Source: Polyangiales bacterium
GTDB taxonomy: Bacteria > Myxococcota_A > Polyangia > Polyangiales > Houyiibacteriaceae
Reading direction: 5' to 3'
Assembly (NCBI GenBank): GCA_045106895.1
Contig: JBGCFM010000026.1
Span: forward strand, 1 to 10,134
DNA: 10,134 bases
Part shown: positions 1 through 6,115 of the stretch, piece after piece
Layout of the letters: the number at the start of each line of letters is the position of its first letter
How positions within the stretch are numbered: position 1 is the stretch's first letter
Program-made: the position numbers and the translations under genes
The notes under the pieces: model-generated
The model's database searches: none
What the model saw: the letters and a program-made list of their open reading frames with translations, nothing else
Told to the model about the DNA's origin: nothing

Positions 1-18
1 GCGTGAGATAGGTTTGCG

Positions 19-99
19 CTACTTGCGCCTACGCCCCCCCCCATTTTCGTTGCATCCGAACGCCAGGGCTAGGCTCAGAACGAGTTTTGCTTTGTTCAT
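19..99 (-). pseudogene. N-terminus of a putative lipoprotein, prematurely terminated after a G9 homopolymer (frameshift, phase-OFF state or sequencing error)
   Basis: ATG at 99 with GGAG at 108-105. Reads MNKAKLVLSLALAFGC (basic n-region, hydrophobic h-region, lipobox-like Cys). A G9 run (C9 at 34-42 on +) is followed by TAG at 21-19. Removing one G gives ...GGGVGASSANLSH, open to the window edge. Confidence 0.5.
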
Positions 100-212
100 A
101 TGTTCTCCGACCATCAGTACGCCTGATTTAGAGAGATTTGTCGCCACCTGAACAGGGTATACGAGCGATCTTTTCCAGGATGAGGACACTCTTATGATTG
201 GCGTGCTGAAGC

Positions 213-428
213 CTACCCGCGAAGTTCCAACAGCTCTTCCGCCGCCGCCGTCACGTTGTCCATGCAGGGGCTGCAGCCCGCGCCGCAGCAGCCGGGCCAT
301 CCGCTCTTCTTACGGCCGAGAAGCGCGCACACCAGGAACACATCTTCGCCTGCGATGCCGTGCTTCTCGCACACCTCGTGGATGACATCATCGCCAAGCT
401 CGGTCTTGCTCACGGGCTTCTCGCTCAA
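213..428 (-). CDS. Small cysteine-cluster protein (71 aa) with CCGxGCxPC motif, resembling the oxidoreductase-like N-terminal (Oxidored-like) domain; possible metal or Fe-S binding
   Basis: TTG start 3 nt after the stop of the upstream minus-strand gene; protein-like composition; WPGCCGAGCSPCM motif. Confidence 0.75.
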   Translation of the reverse strand: MSEKPVSKTELGDDVIHEVCEKHGIAGEDVFLVCALLGRKKSGWPGCCGAGCSPCMDNVTAAAEELLELRG

Positions 429-431
429 GGG

Positions 432-929
432 TTACGCGCTCCGCGTTCGTTCTTTTTTGCCGGACGATGCCGGGACCTCTACCTCGTCGAGCTCATCGGC
501 GGCGACGCGGACGTTTCGCTTGGCCTTCGCTGGCGCATCGTCATCGGTGTTGTCGAGTTCAACGAGAGCGCCAAATACCGCTGCCGTTGCAGTGGTAATG
601 CCGAGGGTCATCTCGGTCCATGGTGTCCCGGACGCGATTCCCGGAACCTCTAGGGGCAACGGAAACGCTAGCCAGGAAGAGGCGCCCCAGTAAGCGAGGG
701 CACCCACGCCGAGTCCGGCAACAGACTTGAGCACAGACTCGATCCAAGCCTGCTGTCGCCAAGGAGGCTTGCCCGCCAGCACACCTGCCGTCGCTCCGGA
801 CCCCATCGCGAGGAGGTACGCGAACAGTCCCGCGGCGGTCGTCCACCCGAGACCAAAGTGAAGAGCGGCGCCGATGGCACCGCCGACGACTAGGCCCTTG
901 ATGAGCCCGATGAGTAGACGCTTGAGCAT
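432..929 (-). CDS. Hypothetical integral membrane protein (165 aa, about 4 TM segments, charged C-terminal tail)
   Basis: ATG start; four Gly/Ala-rich hydrophobic stretches followed by an acidic/basic tail (ELDNTDDD...KKERTRSA); probable operon with 213..428. Confidence 0.85.
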   Translation of the reverse strand: MLKRLLIGLIKGLVVGGAIGAALHFGLGWTTAAGLFAYLLAMGSGATAGVLAGKPPWRQQAWIESVLKSVAGLGVGALAYWGASSWLAFPLPLEVPGIASGTPWTEMTLGITTATAAVFGALVELDNTDDDAPAKAKRNVRVAADELDEVEVPASSGKKERTRSA

Positions 930-1031
930 TCAGTCTTCATACGTGCCGAGGGGCGCCTCGATGTCAAGGGATGTGCACTTTTTGAGACGCGGATCCTCAA
1001 TTTCGTATCGACTGGTGTATGCTTCGCCCAG

Positions 1032-1814
1032 GTGCCCGACTCCGAGAATTTCCTAGAGTGGCTCGATCGAGCGAAGCGCCCGCGGCCTGGGTTTCGGCGA
1101 ACGCGCCGTCCGTCACAGATCCCGCAGGTACTCAGCGCAGGTGAGATCAAGGTCGTCTATCAGCCCATCGTCGACATGAATGATGGAACCGTCTTCGCGT
1201 ATGAAGCACTGGTTCGCTCATCGTCGCCGCACTATCAGAGCCCCGTCGAGCTCATCGCAGAAGCGATACGCAGCAACGTCTGTGGAGCCGTGGGCCGCAT
1301 CATCCGCGAGATTGCGACACAAAACTGCCCCGACTTCCCGCTCTTCCTCAACGTTCATCCGCAAGAGTTCGACGAGTCCTGGCTCGTGCAGCCCGACGAC
1401 CCGATCTTCTCGCACGCTCCTGGCATCTTCCTTGAGGTCACCGAGTCCGTGCCCTTGAGCCACTTCGCCCTCTGCCATTCGGTCTTGAAGGAGATTCGAA
1501 GCAAAGGTGTTGGCCTCGCCGTCGATGACCTCGGGGCTGGTTACTCGAACCTGAAGTACATCACGGACCTCGAACCGCAGATCGTCAAGCTGGACCGGAG
1601 CCTCGTCGCGTCCATCCACCTCGACAAGCGACGCCAGATCCTTGTGAAGCACCTTGTGCGCCTCTGCGAAGAGCTCGATGCCCGAGTTATCGCTGAAGGC
1701 ATCGAGACCGAAGACGAGCTCATCTGCTGCCGCGACGTCGGCTGCCACTTCGCCCAGGGCTACTACGTGGCGCGACCGGCGTACCCGCCGCCGGAACCCG
1801 CGAAGCTTCCCTAA
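1032..1814 (+). CDS. Stand-alone EAL-domain protein, probable c-di-GMP phosphodiesterase
   Basis: Motifs YQPIVD, YEALVR, FLNV, LEVTES, AVDDLGAGYS, VKLDRS, IAEGIET and QGYY are all present in canonical order. Confidence 0.95.
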   Translation: MPDSENFLEWLDRAKRPRPGFRRTRRPSQIPQVLSAGEIKVVYQPIVDMNDGTVFAYEALVRSSSPHYQSPVELIAEAIRSNVCGAVGRIIREIATQNCPDFPLFLNVHPQEFDESWLVQPDDPIFSHAPGIFLEVTESVPLSHFALCHSVLKEIRSKGVGLAVDDLGAGYSNLKYITDLEPQIVKLDRSLVASIHLDKRRQILVKHLVRLCEELDARVIAEGIETEDELICCRDVGCHFAQGYYVARPAYPPPEPAKLP

Positions 1815-1824
1815 GACGCTCCCA

Positions 1825-1868
1825 CAAAAAACGCCGCCCGGCGCAAAGCGTGGGCGGCGTCTTTGTTT
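1825..1868. terminator. Intrinsic terminator between convergent genes, probably bidirectional
   Basis: Stem ACGCCGCCC (1831-1839) / GGGCGGCGT (1852-1860). A6 at 1826-1831 gives a U-tract for the minus strand; CTTTGTTT follows the stem on the plus strand. Confidence 0.8.
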
Positions 1869-1877
1869 GCGGCCTTC

Positions 1878-3791
1878 TTAGAACGAAGGCGTGTTCTCAG
1901 CGGCGAAGTCGCTGCCGTTCCAGTGGAAGAGCGTCGATACGCCTGCCGCGCCAAGCTCGCTGACTTCGACGACACGTGCGTCCGGTCCGACGCATTCGAC
2001 GACGACGACGACACGGACCGCGCTGGACAAGAATCCGTGGGTAGAGCCTTCTGGGACTCCGCCAAGGGTAACGCCAAGCTCAAGGGTGGGGATGCCGCCA
2101 CCGGCGCTGACGCCGATGATCGCTGCGCCCATTCCGCCCGCTCCGCCGACGACGTTGAAGACGTCTCCAACGGGAACACTCGCGACGAGGAGGCGGTCAG
2201 CACGGAGACGACTCGCCTGGCGCACAAGCTCACTGCTGCTGACGCCGGAACCGGAAGTCAGGGCAACGTGGGAGCGACCGACAGACACCTGCGCTGCGTC
2301 GACACAGACGAGGCGCTCGCTCTCGGGTACCGCCGAGGCGAGGAGCGAGAGGACATCTCGGCTCGCGTTGGAGGGCCCGACGACAACGACGCCGTGGCCG
2401 CTGTTGACGGCGCTCGTGAGCATGTTCGCGATTGGCGTGTTGAGAACCCCGCGCTCAACAAGAGCGTCGGTGAGAACAAGCCCAACGCGTCGAATCTCGA
2501 TGATCGTGCCCGACGCGGCGATTGGTGGGAGCACAACGCTTGCCGTGCCACCGCTCGGGAGGTCGACAACGCCGACGAGGGTCCCAGCTTCGTGTCCGCC
2601 TTGGGCGAGAAGTCGACGTCCGACCGTCGCGACGGCAGCCGCCGTCGAGAACGAAGCTTCGGATGTCTCAAGACCCTGGCCTCGGTCGACGCGCACGCGC
2701 GACGGACCGTCAACGAGGATCTCTTGGATGGAACCATCCGCGAGGAAACTGTCCAGAACGCCAAGCCCCACCGCTTCGTGGAGCGCAGCGCGGGCGAGGT
2801 CGTCGGTGCGGCTGACGCCGGCGGCGTCGAAAGCCTTGGCGATGACAGCCTCCGCCTTGGCGCGTCGACCCTTGTCGATCTGGGAGCGCGCGCTGGTTTC
2901 GCTGGTGTCGAAGTGCGTGGCGACCTCCGCCATCAAGGCCGTGAAGTCGCTCGTTTCGACGACCGGCAGCGCCGCAGGGGGCACAGTGTTGCTGGCTTTC
3001 TGAACCACGGGTGCCGGCGTTGGTGTAGGCGCGGCGATGGGAGGAGGTGGAGCCGACGGGCGCGGCGGCGGAGGCGCAGAGATCGGCGAAGGCGCCGATG
3101 GAGCGATGGGGGCCGGGGCCGCGACGGGGGCCGGTGCCGGGGCCGGGGCCGCGACAGGTGCCGGTGCCGGCGCAGGCGGCGCGGACACGGGAGCTGGCGC
3201 CATCGGTGCAGGTGCGGTCGCCACGATTGGGGCGATCGGAGCGGCCATCGGTGGAGCGGCCGGCGGGGCAGCGACGGGCGCAGGCGCGGGCGCAGGTGCC
3301 ATCGGTGGGGCGGTCTGCAACGGCGGCGGTGACTGGACGGGCGCGGCGGGCGCTGAAGGCGCTGGGCTCGGGGCACCGAAACCGGCAGGAGGCTGCGCGA
3401 AGCTCGGCGCGGCACCCGTGGATGGGGGACCGGAAGGTGGACCCAGGGGTGGCGGTCCACCAGAGAATGGGGCTTCGGCCGGGGGAGGCGCCGCGGCAGC
3501 CGCGAGCTCCTCGACATTCATAATGAAATCGCCGATGTAGACCTTGTCACCCGGCTTGACGACGAGCGGCGAGGTGATCTTGCGACCATTCACGTAGGTG
3601 CCGTTGGTGCTCTTCAGGTCGACGACAATGAAGCGGTTGTCTTTGAGCACAATCCGCGAGTGACGCTTACTGACGTTGCCTTTGGGCAGAATGATATCGT
3701 TGCCCTGAACCCGCCCGATGGTGACTTCATTCTTATCGAATTCCATCCGGCGCTGGCCGCCGCTTTTTTCCGTGATCACGACTGCGAACAT
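1878..3791 (-). CDS. FHA domain + Pro/Ala-rich linker + degenerate TadA/CpaF (VirB11-type) ATPase-like domain (637 aa)
   Basis: Likely start ATG at 3791 (MFAVVITEK; GGGGA upstream) rather than 4019. FHA motifs IGR...VSKRH...STNGTYVNG. The C-terminal region follows the CpaF pattern (GLGVLDSFLADGSIQEILVDGP; VVDLPSG...VVLPPIA...IEIRR; PESERLVCVD; LRADRLLV), but the ATPase motifs are altered. Confidence 0.9.
   Translation of the reverse strand: MFAVVITEKSGGQRRMEFDKNEVTIGRVQGNDIILPKGNVSKRHSRIVLKDNRFIVVDLKSTNGTYVNGRKITSPLVVKPGDKVYIGDFIMNVEELAAAAAPPPAEAPFSGGPPPLGPPSGPPSTGAAPSFAQPPAGFGAPSPAPSAPAAPVQSPPPLQTAPPMAPAPAPAPVAAPPAAPPMAAPIAPIVATAPAPMAPAPVSAPPAPAPAPVAAPAPAPAPVAAPAPIAPSAPSPISAPPPPRPSAPPPPIAAPTPTPAPVVQKASNTVPPAALPVVETSDFTALMAEVATHFDTSETSARSQIDKGRRAKAEAVIAKAFDAAGVSRTDDLARAALHEAVGLGVLDSFLADGSIQEILVDGPSRVRVDRGQGLETSEASFSTAAAVATVGRRLLAQGGHEAGTLVGVVDLPSGGTASVVLPPIAASGTIIEIRRVGLVLTDALVERGVLNTPIANMLTSAVNSGHGVVVVGPSNASRDVLSLLASAVPESERLVCVDAAQVSVGRSHVALTSGSGVSSSELVRQASRLRADRLLVASVPVGDVFNVVGGAGGMGAAIIGVSAGGGIPTLELGVTLGGVPEGSTHGFLSSAVRVVVVVECVGPDARVVEVSELGAAGVSTLFHWNGSDFAAENTPSF
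3004..3505 (-). repeat. Low-complexity coding repeats encoding the Pro/Ala-rich linker (APAPAPVAAP units)
   Basis: Imperfect tandem units such as GGGGCCGGGGCCGCGAC..GCCGGTGCC around 3110-3170; the translation is almost entirely P/A/S/G. Confidence 0.8.
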
Positions 3792-4180
3792 CGCTCTTTT
3801 GTCCCCTTTGCAACCCTGACCACGCTCCGGTTTTCGGAACGCCCCAAGACTGTGCCCATTCAACGATCTCACGGGGCGATCCGTCAAGCTTGATCCAGAC
3901 CTCGAGAATCGGCGCAGGCGGCCGTTTTTACTAGGAAAGGCACCTTGGGCCCCACCCGTCAGATCGAGCGACCTCTCAGCGAGCGCGCAGATCGCCGTCG
4001 AAGGAACCACGAAACCCATGATTCGGCGCCTCGACGGCCGGGCCCGAGCACTCCAAGGGCCGCCCCCGCCGGCTCATGGCCTGCCGCTCCCTTCGCAAAA
4101 AAACGCCTGTTTGAGCACTTTTTTGGGAACTTTAACGCAGACTCATAACCCACGACAGCGCGAGCGTTCGCTGATAGCGT

Positions 4181-5908
4181 TTGTTCTTGTCTCGCTTTGC
4201 CCCCAGGCGTCGCCGCTCGGCCCTTGAACGCCGCCTCACTCGTCGTGTCGCCGCCGCTGAAGCCGTTGAGTCCGAAGCCGCGGTCTCTCGCCCAAAGGTT
4301 CGGACTCCGCACGAATCCGAGACGTGGGTCGACCTGCTGCACCACTCGCCGCTGGTGACGACGGACCTCGACCTGCTTCGCTCCGCCGTGCGCTTCGGTT
4401 TTGAGAGCGGAGACGCTGGCGGTCTTCTCACCGGCGCCGTCGACGACGCCGCAGGCTCCCCAAGCCACTTCGGCACGGAGAGTTTCGCCACCGGCCTCTT
4501 TCTCAAAGAGATCATCGCAGGTCTGCTGCCCATCATCGTTCCCGACGGGATCCTCGTTCCAAGTCAGTCGTTCCTCGCGCGGACCCTCAGCTCTCCTCCG
4601 GACGATGCCCGTGATGTGACGCTCCGTCAGGAAGTGCTGGCGGAGCTGTGTGCACGCGAAGAGCTTCATGAGCCGCTGGTCCGCGCACTCGAGACTCTGC
4701 GCGAGTTACGAAACTTGCTCGACGACCGCCCCATGAGCGGCGGTGAGACCGTGCGTCGTAAGATCGAGGTGCTGCGCACGCTGCGACGTTTCTTCGAGCT
4801 GGGCGCGACCTTCGATGGCGCCACGTCGGCGCTTAAACGCTTCGGCGAGTTCGCACGAACGGTCACCGAAAGCGACGCCTTCACGCGACTCGTCGACCTG
4901 TTGCGCCACGAAGCGAAGATGACGGAGCTGCAGGTTCGCGTCGTCTTGGACTACGAGGGAAAGATCCGCGATTACGAGGTCGTCGAACACTCCCCGGTGG
5001 CTGGCAACCCCGTCGTCCGCTCTACGTGGCGTCGCGTCTGGGAGCGCATCCTCGGCTTCTTGCGCGGGCACCGTTACGGCGAACACGAAGTCATCTTGCG
5101 CATCATCGACGACATCTTCGAAGAGCTCGAAGACGCCATCGTCCCAAGCTTCGCGCTCATCGGCCACCTGGAGTTTTACGCGAGCGCGCTGGCATTCCGT
5201 GCGCGCGTGCAGGCGGCGGGCTTGGACGTCTGTCTGCCCACCTTTGGCGAAGAGGTCGCCCTCGAAGGCGTCTTCAACCCGCTGCTGCTCTTGATGAAAG
5301 ACGTCCAGCCGGTGCCGTGTTCCTTGAACTCGGGCAAAGACGGACTCGTCCTCATCACCGGGCCCAACAGCGGCGGCAAGACGCGAGTGATGCAGTCCCT
5401 CGCGCTGACGCAGCTCTTCGCTCAAAGCGGCTATTTCGTGCCGGCGAAGAGCGCCGTGCTGGTTCGGGCGCCGAAGATGTTCGTCTCGCTCATTGAAGGC
5501 GCACCGGCGGACCACAAAGAAGGGCGTCTCGGCACGGAACTCCTACGCGTGCGCAAACTCTTCGAAGAGCTGGAACCCGGCTGCCTCGTCATCCTCGACG
5601 AACTCTGCAGCGGAACGAACCCCAGCGAAGGCATCGCCATCTTCGAGATGGTGCTGTCCCTTCTCCCGCGCATCAAGCCGCGTGCCTTCCTCACGACGCA
5701 CTTCTTGGATGCCGCGCGACGTTTGCAAGAAGAAGCCGAGGCCTCGGGCTCCGAGCTTCGTTTCTTGCAGGTGGAGCTCGATGAGAACGAGACGCCGACG
5801 TATCAGTTCGTCCCCGGCGTGGCGCCGACGTCCTTGGCGCATGCCGTCGCGGCACGCCTTGGCGTCACGCAGGATGAGCTCGAGGCGCTCGTGTCACGGC
5901 ACGACTAG
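4181..5908 (+). CDS. MutS-related protein containing the MutS domain V ATPase (not canonical MutS1); start uncertain (TTG 4181 or 4187)
   Basis: LEGVFNPLL, Walker A ITGPNSGGKT, AQSGYFVPA, Walker B LVILDELCSGT, TTHF, and C-terminal YQFVPG...SLAHAVAARLG. About 575 aa, with no recognisable mismatch-binding domain I or Smr domain. Confidence 0.9.
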   Translation: MFLSRFAPRRRRSALERRLTRRVAAAEAVESEAAVSRPKVRTPHESETWVDLLHHSPLVTTDLDLLRSAVRFGFESGDAGGLLTGAVDDAAGSPSHFGTESFATGLFLKEIIAGLLPIIVPDGILVPSQSFLARTLSSPPDDARDVTLRQEVLAELCAREELHEPLVRALETLRELRNLLDDRPMSGGETVRRKIEVLRTLRRFFELGATFDGATSALKRFGEFARTVTESDAFTRLVDLLRHEAKMTELQVRVVLDYEGKIRDYEVVEHSPVAGNPVVRSTWRRVWERILGFLRGHRYGEHEVILRIIDDIFEELEDAIVPSFALIGHLEFYASALAFRARVQAAGLDVCLPTFGEEVALEGVFNPLLLLMKDVQPVPCSLNSGKDGLVLITGPNSGGKTRVMQSLALTQLFAQSGYFVPAKSAVLVRAPKMFVSLIEGAPADHKEGRLGTELLRVRKLFEELEPGCLVILDELCSGTNPSEGIAIFEMVLSLLPRIKPRAFLTTHFLDAARRLQEEAEASGSELRFLQVELDENETPTYQFVPGVAPTSLAHAVAARLGVTQDELEALVSRHD

Positions 5909-6023
5909 CCGGCTGAGAGAAACTGTTTGTCGCATCGCGGTCGTCGAGGGACGTCGGCAGACGCGTCCGGTTCACGGCTGCCGGCGGCCATAGGTGGCTC
6001 GAATCGGAGCGCGTTTGACTGCG

Positions 6024-6070
6024 TGTTCACGCGCCGCTTTTTGTGCGGCCGTGAACAGCGCGCGTTCACG
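6024..6070. promoter_or_regulatory. Overlapping inverted repeats built from GTTCACG/CGTGAAC (terminator-like hairpin or operator array)
   Basis: TGTTCACG-C-GCCGC (6024-6037) pairs with GCGGC-CGTGAACA (6045-6057). CGTGAAC (6050-6056) can alternatively pair with GTTCACG (6064-6070). Confidence 0.45.
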
Positions 6071-6115
6071 CCCCGGCCGTTTGTCCCTCAACTTCCTTGG
6101 TCATAAGCTGTGCGC

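Noticed and set aside
100..300. 5' part of ORF 19..300 as a real 93-aa gene
   Set aside because: It overlaps the better-supported 213..428 gene in another frame; only the portion from ATG 99 has an RBS and signal-peptide features.
936..967. Sigma70 promoter on the minus strand (TTGACA at 967-962)
   Set aside because: The -35 is perfect, but the nearest -10-like hexamer (TATGAA, 941-936) is 20 nt away and lacks the final T; insufficient support.
1863..3540. Long plus-strand ORFs 1863..3332, 1891..3003 and 3037..3540
   Set aside because: Antisense shadows of the FHA-TadA-like gene, expected from high-GC codon bias and the low-complexity linker.
3792..4019. 76-aa N-terminal extension of the FHA-TadA-like ORF
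   Set aside because: Unprotein-like sequence preceding the natural FHA domain start. ATG 3791 has a purine-rich RBS-like element, and this stretch is more plausibly the divergent promoter region.
4181..5908. Assigning gene symbol mutS or mutS2
   Set aside because: Too short, and lacking the mismatch-binding domain of MutS1 and the Smr domain of MutS2.
6015..6070. LexA/SOS box near the MutS-like gene
   Set aside because: GAAC-N7-GTTC spacing does not fit the GAAC-N4-GTTC type, the match to the Myxococcus-type box is only partial, and the site lies downstream of the MutS-like gene.
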